From Geosiphon pyriformis uo1 (lineage: Eukaryota > Fungi > Glomeromycota), in NCBI GenBank assembly GCA_016748015.1, contig JAAOMT010000400.1:248001-312000 (forward strand): a stretch of 64,000 bases of DNA, given 5' to 3'. Within the stretch, counting starts at the first letter, position 1. Each line of letters begins with the position of its first letter. Shown one piece after another: positions 53,001 through 64,000 of this stretch. Position numbers and translations under genes: made by a program. The notes under the pieces were generated by a model. It searched no databases and was not told the origin of the DNA. It saw nothing but the letters and a program-made list of their open reading frames with translations.

Positions 53001-54846
53001 TTATTAATTAAATGATAATTTTGGACATTTTGCTAATATAATAAGTAATAATTTAAAACAATAATATATGCTAATTAATAATAAAATTTATAAGGGTAAT
53101 TTCATGCTAAACAATATTTCTAATTTTGTCTGGTAACATCAGGTTTGCAAATTACTGAAGCATTTTGGGATCATTTTTGCAGACCAGTTATTGAACAGTC
53201 ATAGAGAATGTTTTAATTAGAAGGATTTTTACCATTGGAAACAATTGGATCTCAGAGGTCTAGTTCCTTTATGGTTCATATTGGTTTTAGATTTTGTCAA
53301 GAGTAGTGGTTTGGTTAAAAGTTTCTCTCCTGTTTTTGAGTCTTCTTTCAAGTTAGATGTTTCTAATATAGAGCACTTTGGTTTCATCCATTCTAGTTTG
53401 AAGGATGCTTCATTGCCAGTAATTTTAGTTTATACTGATAGTTCTGTTAAAGACTTTGGTACTTCTGGTGCTGTCAGAGGGACTGCTATCTATTTTTCTA
53501 ATCTGAGTTTGCACATAAGTGTGAAAGTTTATAGTTTACTATTATCTACTCTAATTAAAATGCAGGCTGTTGTATTGGCTCTTGAGTGCATTCCAGCTTT
53601 CTCAAATGTTATAGTTTTTTTAGACAGTCAGACCTTCTTAGATGCTTGTCAAGCAGAGTTGAGATTGGTGGCTTCTGATTTTTGCAACAAGTGCTGAATA
53701 GAACACTGTCATATTAGCAATTTGGTCAAATGTAAAAATATTTCTATTACTTGAACAAAGGTGAAAAGTCATTCTGGTGTGTTAAGCAATAAATGTGCTG
53801 ATTGGTTGGTTGATCTAGCCACATCATCAGGGCTTGTTTTTTTAACAAACATCAAAGAAAAAATCTTAATGGCAGATGGTAAGATAATTTCTGGCAATAC
53901 ATGCTGCTTTATTAGAAAAACAAATAATACTGTTAGATGCTTTTAATGGGAATTTAGATCTGGTTTGAGCATTGTGGATTCTTTGCAGGTTGGGAACATA
54001 AATTTGGTTTGTACTGTCTTGGTCTGGCACCCTGATTCCCACATGTCTATGGAATATATGAGCAGGACTACCACCAGTTTGTGTATGTATTTAATGAAAG
54101 CTTTACACAAGAGGCTGTCTGTGGCTATAAGAAAATGCTTATATGATCAAAGTTATCCTAGTGTGTTATGTGTACATTATGGGGAGGTGGATTTCTCAGA
54201 TCATTGTTTTGTTTGTCACTTGGACTTTTTGATGCGTCAGAGCTTGTTAAGTGAGTATTTTTCTCTTTGGAAGTTTCTTACTGAGATGACCTTGTCATTA
54301 TCTGCAATTCTGTAGTCTTTGGCTTCTTCTGTTTCTGATGTTGGTCTTTACACAATTTTGTGCAAGGGTCTGTGTTTGAAGATTGGTTGGCAGATGCTAA
54401 AACATCTTTTGTGGATGCTAAGCTTGCAATGTCTCATCTAGTCGAATTTGTTCAGAGTATGGTTACTAGCCATAGAGAGCAAATCTGGGTGCCTAACATA
54501 AAACTTTGAACTAAAATGGAGCGTCATGAATCGCTACATGCAAATGGGTCTTTTTATGACATTATTTGAGGTCTTCCTACTAAGGTTTCAGATGGTGTTG
54601 CTCAGTTGTTAGGAATTGAGAAGGGTTATGCCACCAACTTTGGCCTAAGTATTGGCTGTTTGTTTTTCACTGGTGCTGCTAGCAAAGTTACAATAAATAT
54701 AGTTGCATAGTGTAGCCTTAATTGGCTGAGTGGCTGGTTACATGTAGTAAAAGCATGAATCACATTTAATTTAGAACTTTAGATAGTTGTATTGTATTAG
54801 ATAGTGATTGGCTTCACTCATTAAACTAAATAAAAAAAAAAAAAAA
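47041..54846 (+). mobile_element. Full-length LINE B (ORF1 ~47206-49065; ORF2 49062-54710), many nonsense codons, interrupted by a solo LTR
   Basis: Same domain order: GDFN, IDF, DSDH; QDMRKAYDSV; AFVND; YTDSS; KVKSHSG; CVHY..DHCFVC. 3' UTR motif and poly-A at ~54832-54846. Candidate TSD AAAAAACAT at 47032-47040 and 54841-54849. Confidence 0.94.
52182..53138 (-). repeat. Solo LTR (family 1), 957 bp, with 4-bp TSD CCAG/TCAG
   Basis: Perfect 10-bp inverted termini TGTTACCAGA..TCTGGTAACA. Removing the insert plus one TSD restores LINE B ORF2 (LGQTLYLQVCKLLKHFG, ungapped against FGESCFFKCVSLLRHYG in LINE A). The homolog at 16961 is followed by PBS and gag. Confidence 0.92.
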
Positions 54847-54938
54847 CATTAAACTTTTTATAATTAGCTAAAATATAATTTAACAAAAATTCGAAATTTT
54901 TTTTTTAGCTGTTTTAATTAAAACAATTTAATAAATAT

Positions 54939-55815
54939 TATTATAAGTAAATTTGGTAGTGTATAATCATAACATTTGGTGCTTGTAATTTAATAGAAAA
55001 AGCCAGTTAAATGTAGATAAATTAGTTTGGTTGGTTAAATTGGTTATAAATCTTTAAAAATTTTTTATTTAAAGTTTATTCATTGAGTTGTTTTGTTATA
55101 AGACACAAAAATGTTATTTCTTTAAATATTATGTTTTTTTCCAAGTTAATAAGCACAGTTACTAGAATTTAGCATTATTTTTTTATTTTTTTAATAAGTT
55201 AATAAGATAAAATTAATATTTATATTTAAAAAAAGCTTTCTTTTTTTATTAGACTATTACAAAGTCTATTCTTAGACAGTTTATTTTTAATATTGTCACT
55301 TTATAAGAAAGAAGAAAAAAAAATAAAAAAAAAATTAGTATTTTGTTAATTATTATAATTAAGAGTAATTGGTTTAAATTATTAAAGTTCTAAAAAGTGT
55401 TTATGTTAATAGTATTTAGCTTAAAACAAAAATAAGAAAAAACAATTAATTAGATATTAAAAATTGGAATATTAAAATTATGTACTTTTTTTGGATTAAA
55501 TAATAATATTTTTATTTGATTAATATAGAAATATAAAAAAAATAAGATAAAAAATTAATTTTTGTTTGGTTTTTTTTATCTATTAAAATTTTTTTTTATA
55601 CATATTCTTTAATTCTATAAAATTGCTTTTAATTGTTTATTATTGTTAATTATTACTTATTATTTTAATTATTGCTTTATTATTTTATATTATGATTAAT
55701 TATTTTATGTTATTAATAGTTATTATGTATTATTTTATATTATTATGTATTATTTTGTATTATTCTGAATTATTTTGTGTTATTTTATATTCTTTTATAT
55801 TATTTTGTATTATTA
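54939..55815 (-). repeat. LTR family 2 copy (solo or 3' LTR), truncated by a LINE insertion
   Basis: Colinear with 23578-24500 (e.g. aaaaaaagc..ctatta.aaagtctatt...agacagtt). Confidence 0.72.
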
Positions 55816-58095
55816 TTATTTTTTTTACTATTATAAATAAGATCCAATTATTATCTAATACAATACAACTATCTAAAGTTCTAAATTAAATGTGATTTAT
55901 ATATTTGCTATATGTAACCAATTACTTAACTAATTAAGACAATACTATATAACTATATTAATTGAAATATTTTGAATTATATTTGCAAAAAACAAATAAC
56001 TAACTTTTGAACCAAAACTAACAACAATATTTTGTTCAATACTTAATAAACAAACACCACTTGAAATTTCAGTGAATAAATCATGAACAGCAATAAACAT
56101 AGAGCTATTTCTAATTAATAATCTCTTATAATTTACGTTAGTATAAAGTTTTAAATTAGAAATCCATATTTGTTTTCTGTAGTTAACAATTAAAATCTCT
56201 GTTTAAGTAACAGTCTTATTACTAATAATTACACCCAAATTTTTACTTATTACTATATTTGTCTCTTGATTCTGTAATAAAAAGATCACCAATGACTGAT
56301 ATTTAAGACTAGACTAAAGAACTATTGGCTTAAATACATCTAATCTCTTAGCCAGCTTACTAATTTGCTCTATAAGACTGTTAAGACTGTACTCAAAAAC
56401 AGCAAACTTATTACTTACTTCCAAAAAAACCAGTAGGGAAAATTTAACATCTAAAAATGAACCAGTATTAGAAAAAACCAAAGACATCATATAAAAAGTA
56501 GAACTATTAGCAATTTAAGTCCAAATTTTTCTACTAAATGAAATTGGACAAGCAATTAGTGTCTGTTTTTTTTATATATATTCTCTAAACAAACCTAATT
56601 CTAAAAATTAACCACTTATTTATTACAATTATCCGAATTTTCACTCACTGAACACATACTAGAAACATAATTAAATTGTTTGCACTAAACACAACAGGCC
56701 AAAAAAAGACCAGTCCAATACAAATTCACATTCTTAAAAACCAGAGTAGAATTAACAACAGCCTTTTTAGAAGCTTTGTTAACAAAACAAACAACAGCAC
56801 ATCTATTACACTTATACATATTTAGATTATAACTAATAAAACAAGTCTTTTTATCATATAATGTTAATATTTCAGAAAAATTATAAGCAGTAATATCAAC
56901 TAACAAATTATATAACAAAGCTTAATAAAGATCTTTAGATATTTACAACTGTTTATTATTGATTGCCAAAATCATATATACAAAATCTTTTTTCATAAAA
57001 ACTGACCAATTGAAAGCAATCAAACTAACAATATTCAATAATTCAAATTTCACTAGTGTTTTTTGCCAAAAACCAATGAGTTATATTTTGATAAACACAA
57101 TCTTGCCAAATTTAGAAAACACTGACTTGACAGCTAATTTGAGAAAATTTACTGGAATTTTTTAACAATTATTTTCTAATTTGTACAATTGTTTTTTTTC
57201 TTATATTATCATTTATCATAATTTTCTTACAAATTGCCAATTTTTTTGCTTTATTTAAGCTTAATTCTGATGTAAAAAATGATCTAATAATTCTTGAGAA
57301 TTTTAAAAAAGTAAATGCTCTTTTAAAATCATCAACATAATAAAAAAATTTTTTTACTGCAATCAATTTATTACCATTAGTTTTGCCAAGTACAATAAAC
57401 AACTTAATATTTAATACAAACAATTTTGCCAAATTAAAACTTTGTTTTTTCAAAACATGTAATCCAACTAATAAGAATTGCTTGAAGCCATTAAATTTAA
57501 ATAATAAAAGCATTAAAATGTCTTTGTTATTGCTTAAATCCACAAATAAAAGAGTTTTTGGTAGTTGACTCAACACATATGTTTAAGTGTGAGTTTTCTA
57601 TAGTGTAATATTGTTTATATTATTGTTAACTACCAAATTATCCAAATTTACATAATTAATTTTTTTAGCAATCATATTATTTATATTTTTTATGTTTAAT
57701 AAATCACTAATACTACTGGCTTTGCTATCAATTTTGCTTCTCCAAAACACTACAGACTTTTTATCAAAGACATTAATATTTTTGAGACTTAAAAAACTAG
57801 TAAATGAGTTAATCACACTAATACTCACATCAGACTTTTTCAGTTTTTTATAAGATATATTGTAAAAGTAAATACTTTTTACATGTTTTTTTTTGGTATT
57901 TAAGTAAGTCCCTAAATCAGCTGAACTCAAACCAAAACTACCAGCAAAAAAACCTATTAGTTTTATTACAACAAAAAGAGATAAGTTGGAAAAAATAATT
58001 AAAGGAACACAAAAAAAAAAAGAAAAAAAAGAAATTAATTCTTTGATAATTTTTTGTTCTTATTATGACCAAAGAATTAATAAGAGAAAGTTTTA
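55815..58095 (-). mobile_element. Internally deleted, eroded LINE E (5' end and ORF1 joined to ORF2 tail and 3' UTR)
   Basis: 55818-55950 is the reverse complement of the LINE B 3' UTR. ORFs 56685-56918, 57169-57576 and 57598-57930 are ORF1-like. APE, RT and RNase H are absent. Confidence 0.75.
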
Positions 58096-58904
58096 TTTTT
58101 GATTTATTTATTTTTGAACAAAAATCAGTTTTAATATAAGTTTTATAAAAAAATAATAATTAAATTTTCTAAAAACACATAAAATACAACCAGCCAAAAA
58201 TTAAAACTAATTTAATTAAAATATAACCAGAATTTTTTTATTAATTATTATTATAAATATATTTTTTGATAAGTTAATTGTTTTATAATTTGACATTCAA
58301 ATTAGTTACTATTATAATTTAAAGATTTTAGTTTAAATGTTTTTTATATAATAAACAGAAAATTAATATAATTACAATTAATATTTAATATATGATTTTT
58401 TTGACATAGTAATTAATTTATTTTGGTGTTTGTACTCTTTTGCTAAACAATTTTAGTTTTTATAACTATATTTATACTTTTATTTAGTGTTTTTTATTAA
58501 ATAATTTTTAATGTTATAATTTTAACACTATTTTTTTAATTAATTAATAAATAAACAAAAGAAATAATAATAAAAGATAAAAATTAATATCTAATTAATA
58601 ACTATAATTAAAAATTATTGTTTTAGTATTGTTAATTAATATTATTAATATTAATAATATTAATATGAATAGATTTAAGATGCTAATAAATTAAGTTTGA
58701 ATATATAAAATAATAGCTTGAAATATAATTATAATAAATAAATTTATTAAATAATTAAATATTAAATTTATTATTGTAAAGTAATAATAAAAAATAAGAT
58801 TAATTTTTAATTAAACTTGTCTGTTTTTTAAGATAGTCTGTTTTTTTGGCTTTTAATACTTTTATTATATATATATATATATTTTTAATATAAAATTTCC
58901 AAAA

Positions 58905-61900
58905 TTTTTAAAACTTCTTTCTCTCTTTCATCCCAAATTCCTAAAAAAGAGTCAAAAGTTTTTTGAAAGAAGTTTTTTACAATTGAGTATGATAAATCTA
59001 AACCTTTTATTCTCGACTATGAGACCACTGTTGGCTGTAATATTGCTGTTATGAAGAAGGCTGCCAAAGTTTTTGGTTCTAGTGATGGTTTCAGACCTGT
59101 TCTTCCAAGGAAAAAAAGGAGAGGCAGCATTTTAGAAGATGGTTCTGGTGGTGGAAATATTGGTTTTAGTGTCCAAAGTAATCATTCATGGGGTTTAAAG
59201 ACTGGTGACACTACTGAGTCTAAGAATATTAATATGGAAGAGGAGTGTCTGATTGAGGAAACCAGTTTCAATTATAGTAAAGGTAGTGTTCTTGCTAGGG
59301 GAGATTATAATCAAACACCTATGGGCTCAAAAGTCAAAACTAAGAAGGCATTGGGTAAACTATTGGAAAAGATTGATTTCTCACCAAACAGTGATAATGA
59401 TGATGTTCTTTTGGATGTCTCTCTAGTGCTTCCATCATCTGCAAAAAATCTGGTCAATGTTTCTGTTCAGAAATCTTTTGCATTAGATATTGGGTTGAAC
59501 ATGGTGGTTGAAAAATCTTCTCGTGAAAAGCTTCTGGTGGTCAGAAATTTGTTTTCAAAGATCAATGGTTTTGGGGGGACCTTTACTTCCTTAAAATTTG
59601 CTGGGATTGTTAGAGCAATGTTTACTTCTGAATTGAGTTTAATAAAAGCTACTAAATTGGCTGCTGATACAAAGATCTTGGTGAACACCAATCTCAAAAA
59701 ATTATCTGGGCATTCAGATTGGGCTGTGGTATTAAAGAAAATTCCTGTTAAAACCTTAACTGAGGCTGTGCACACTGCACTATCTAGTTTTGGTGTGGTG
59801 GTATCAATCAAAATACAGTTAGTGGGTTTGTGGCAGAAGGCTGTTGTTGAATTTAGTAAGAGTGAACAGACTGATTTAGTTGCAGCCTGCTGGTCTATCC
59901 TGATTGGAAAGGATGCTGTGCATGTGGCCAGAGCCAATCAAGACAAAGAATCATGGAACTTGAGAGATCAACATAGGACTTTGCTTTATATTCTGTCAAT
60001 AAGAACAACTGCACATGACATCTGAGATTATATTGGCTCTGTGGATAAGAAAACATGTGCAATAAATTGTCATTCTGTTACATATGCTCAGGCCAGATGT
60101 GCTGTTGTTTGTTTTGATTTGGCCAATTTTTTGAATGCTATCATGGGAACTACTCCAATTTTAAGGAGTGTGAATATGCATTGGTCTTTTTTGGGTTTTT
60201 CTAAATGTGCTAAGTGTGGGAAATTGGGTCATACATTTTTGGGCTGTGCTGTGAGTGGGAATATCTCCTCTGGGAAGCATCTTCGCAGACCTTTTTCAGA
60301 CTTGGATAAAAGCAGACTGACAATCATCTATGCCAAGCATTCAGCTCTGATCACTTGTCCTGTCACTTTTGGTGGGGTTTCTTGGGCAAAAATTGCTGGT
60401 GGAAATGTTTTTCCTCCTCTCTCTGTGTGAAAAGTATTGGTCAATCCTGGCTTCTCTTCAGAGATGAAGCCTATCATTCATAATACAAGTGATGTTGAAA
60501 AAAAGTTTGCTGTTTTGAAAAGCAGTCTTGCCAGCCTTGCAGAACAAATTGATGAGTTGGCTAAGAGGTTGGACTTATTCATGCTGGCAGTTTCCCAGTC
60601 TAGCCCTAAATGTCAGCTGCCAGTGACCCTCCCATCACAGGATCAAATGGGCAATGTAGTGATAGGAGAGAGTTTGGGTGAGGCCACTAGTGGTGAAACT
60701 GTTACAACTTTGAACTCTTCTGCTTCTATTGAAGTAAAAAGATTGGAAAGCATGTTGGAAGAACTTTCTGCCTCAGTTCTAAGTCTTACAGTAAGATTTG
60801 ATGATTCAATTTTGGCTGGCAGTGCATCTCTCAAATCTTCTTCTCAATAACCAGTCTAGTTTGGAAGATTGCCATGTGCAAAGTTAAGGGTATAAATAAT
60901 CCTACAAAACAGGACAATATTATACATTGGCATAAAGAGATGAACAATTTGATTTCTGTTGTTATTGAGACTAAGTTGAGAGGCAAGATCCACTTATGGA
61001 TTATGAATAAATTTGATGGTGTTCGGGTTTTTACCTCTGGTTTGGACTCTGGTTATTTGGGTTCTGGTGTTGTGATTATCATGAACATTTCTTTGGCAAA
61101 ACATGTATGTAAGGTTTTCGAGGTTCCTGGTTGTCTCCTCTCTTTCAAATTACTCTTCAAGAATAATCTTTCTGTGTTAATTTTGGGACTCTATACTGGT
61201 ACATCATTGGTGGTTTGGTTCTCTCAGGCTGGTGAAATCAACTTTCTCATTGCAAAGGCAGTAAACAAGTTCTCTTTTGTTGTTTTGGGTGGTGATTTTA
61301 ATAAAGATGGGTCCCGAAAGTGTGCTAGCTTCAAGAAATGCTTTGATTTGGGTTTAGTTAATTCTCTGGGGGAAAGTTTATTTGTTAAGACACCTACATG
61401 GACCAATTCTTGTGGTGTCACTAAAGCTCTTGACTATGTTCTTATTTCTTTGAGTTTGGTTAATGCTGTGACAGATGGTAATGTGGCCAATGTCGAGGAA
61501 TATTTTGATACTGACCACAAAGCTGTATCTGCTTCTATGGGTTTGGGTGGTTTGCTCGATGTCTGTTTAAGTTCAATACGCAAGCAGGCGAATAAAGATT
61601 GTTGGAAGTTTGATGTCAAAAGTATAGATATAGCAAAATGGGGTGAGTTTAAAGATGCTACTGCAGCCAATACTGTCATGTTTTTGGACAAATTTGAGGT
61701 TGCCAAGAAGTTCTCTGATTTGAATGCTATGTGGAATACTGTTCGCAAAGTGATGGTTTTTTTAGCTAATGGTGCTTTTAAGAAAAAATGGTTTAAGGGT
61801 TATGATGGGGTGTTTACCAAAGAGTCTTCCAAGTTGCATAACTTGGAGGTTTTGGTGTCAAAAATTGTTAAGGCTTCTTGCAAGGCAGACACCAGCAGAT

Positions 61901-64000
61901 TTGAGTTTCTATGGATAGTGACAAAACTTCTGTGGTTTGTGATCTTGTGAATTCTGGTGTAAGTTTCAATCATGTCTGTTCTGCTCTTTGTGATGTGAGG
62001 AGGTATTATCATGCCTTTAAGCTTGCCAAATCTTTGTGAGCCAAGAAGTCGGGCATTAGATCAGCTATTGAGAGAAAGATAGAGAGTTTTGTGGTCAACA
62101 AAGACCACACAATCCATAGTGTTTTGGAATGCCCATTCCGCAAAGTGGTGTTAGATCATTTGGTCTCTGATGGCGGCTTGATTTTGGACTCGGTAGAGAT
62201 TAAAAATAAGGTTGATAGTATAATAGAGAGCTGGACAAGGAAGAGGGCCATGTTGAAAAGTGTTCCCAATTTGTGGCAGTGTCAATACCTGCCATTGGAT
62301 TATGTTGATAATAATGCTTTTTTGGATGTGATGAATGCTATTAATTTGGATGACTTGACATGTGTGATTAAGAATTTGCCAAATGGTAAAGCTGCTGGCT
62401 TGTCTGGCATTTCAAATGAACTTTGAAAACATTGTGATAGTTCTGTGCTAGGCTTGCTTTTGGACCTTCTGAACATTTGTTTGGTGTGTAAGTCAATTCC
62501 CTATTGTTGGAAGGAAGCTTGGGTGTCAATGATTCCCAAGTCCTATGAGTGAGAAGGTGTTTTAACAAATACTAAACTGATTGCTTTAATTGAGACTGCC
62601 CATAAGATTCTTTCTAAGTTGTTGTCTAACAGAATTTCTTTAACATGTAGTCTATTCAACGTACTCCATGGAAACAATTTTTTAGTGCTTAAGGGAACAA
62701 CCACTTAGTCTCCTATTTTTGCCATTGGTTCGGTTGTTGAATACACTTTGAAGAAGGATCATGAGCTTTGGCTTGTGCTACAAGATATGCACAAAGCCTA
62801 TGACTCTGTAGGTTGGCATTACTTGCATAATAGTTTGGTTTGAATCAAAATGTGTGGGCATTTTATTAGATTTTTTGGTTCAATTCACAATGACCACATT
62901 AACTGAGTTATGACTGATTTTGGTCTAATGGATGGCTACTGGGTGCATGATAGTCTTGATCAGAGTGAGGTTTTCTCTCCTTTGCTGTGAAGAATCTTTT
63001 ATGACCCTCTTTTGTGTGAGGTTAAGAGACAAAAAAGTTTGTGTGGTTACCAAATTGATACTAAATTTGTAGCTAAGACTGGCAGAATAGAAAACCAAAG
63101 CAGTTTGACTTTTTTTTTGGCTGCTGGTGTATTCGTGGATGATACCATCTGGATGGAAAGCAGTCAGGCTGCCACTTAGTATATCTTAAACACAGCGAGT
63201 AAATTTTTTAAAATAAACAACATTTCTATCAATAATGAAAAAACTGTAGCCATTCTTATCAATCAGAAGGTTAGTAATACTTCATTGTTAATTAGTGGTC
63301 TGCCAATTTCAATTGCTTGCAGGAAGAAGTCTCATCAATACCTTGGCATTTATTTGTCATCTGAGGAGTTGTCCAAACCGAGCTTGGCTAAGGTGCACAT
63401 GGATGTTAGGTTTTTTGTCAATTTGGTTTTTAAGAAAGCTATTTTGGACAAGCAGTTTCTTTATCTAGTATCAGCTGTGTTGTAACCAATTATCAGTTAC
63501 AGGACTCAGTTTAGCTTTGTCTCTAGGAATGTGTATATAAAGTGGAATACATTGATCAGAAGAAAGTTGAGACTTAAAACTGGTCTTCCAAGAGACTTTC
63601 CCAATGAGGCCCTTTATCATTCTTTTTTGTATGATTTAAGATCTTTTGAGCAGTTGCAAACTGAATGCAAGGTGGCTTCTGTGTTGTGTTTCTTAAACGC
63701 TGATGGTATTCTTGGTCATTTGTTCAATCATAGATTTCTGGATCTTTAAGTCTTGGGTTGGTCACCTATTCACCCTCTACATTGTCTGATTAGGTTACGT
63801 GTCAGTCCAGTCAATAATTTTTTGGCAAAAGTCATTAGAATTTTTTTGGACTGTGGCATGTTTCTTGGCAATTTCTTTGTTTCTGCATTCCAATTTTCTG
63901 GTAGAACACCAATATCTGTAGTCCTAGATGCTTCTTTGTTTTATGATGTCTCTTTGTCTCTCAGAAAGTTTGGGATCACCTTTGCTGAGCAGTTATATAC
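58905..64000 (+). mobile_element. LINE D (ORF1 closely related to LINE A): ORF1 59051-60850, ORF2 from 60847, runs off the window
   Basis: ORF1 is highly similar to that of LINE A; knuckle CAKCGKLGHTFLGC. APE GDFN/LDY/DTDH; RT QDMHKAYDSV and FVDD. Several nonsense codons and one frameshift near 61910. Confidence 0.94.

Noticed and set aside
52182-53138. MITE or non-autonomous DNA transposon
   Set aside because: A homologous sequence ending at 16961 is followed by a PBS and gag-protease, so solo LTR is the better explanation.
40390-64000. Alternative genetic code (TGA=Trp) or stop readthrough in LINE ORFs
   Set aside because: Trp positions show both TGA and TAG, stops also replace Gln/Arg, and positions differ between copies. 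This is mutational decay; host genes read normally with the standard code.

Overview
Eukaryotic, intron-rich, AT-rich nuclear DNA, most consistent with an early-diverging fungus. The gene and TE repertoire resembles what I recall from Glomeromycota/Mucoromycota such as Geosiphon; the taxon is an inference. There are two compact gene islands. Island 1 (14-10421) holds phosphomannomutase (-), glycogen debranching enzyme (+, carrying a ~230-aa charged-helix insertion) and an MFSD10-like MFS transporter (-). Island 2 (31414-34551) holds an Mso1-like Sec1-binding protein with an extra N-terminal Cys/His motif (-) and a Bax-inhibitor-1 family protein (+). About 75% of the window is a nested transposon graveyard. 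It contains near-full-length LINEs (ORF1 with CCHC knuckle; ORF2 APE-RT-RNaseH-Zn finger) at 40261-47020 (-), ~47041-54846 (+) and ~58905-64000 (+), many older LINE relics, three Ty3/Gypsy-type gag-protease relics (one with dUTPase), solo LTRs with 4-bp TSDs, an IS630/Tc1/mariner-type DDE transposon with a subterminal tandem array, and an internally deleted hAT element. The most striking signal is graded C>T/G>A erosion of the repeats, including non-CpG contexts and with reading frames largely preserved, while genes are spared. This is a RIP-like signature in a lineage where RIP is not established. All coordinates were read by eye; boundaries of decayed elements are approximate.
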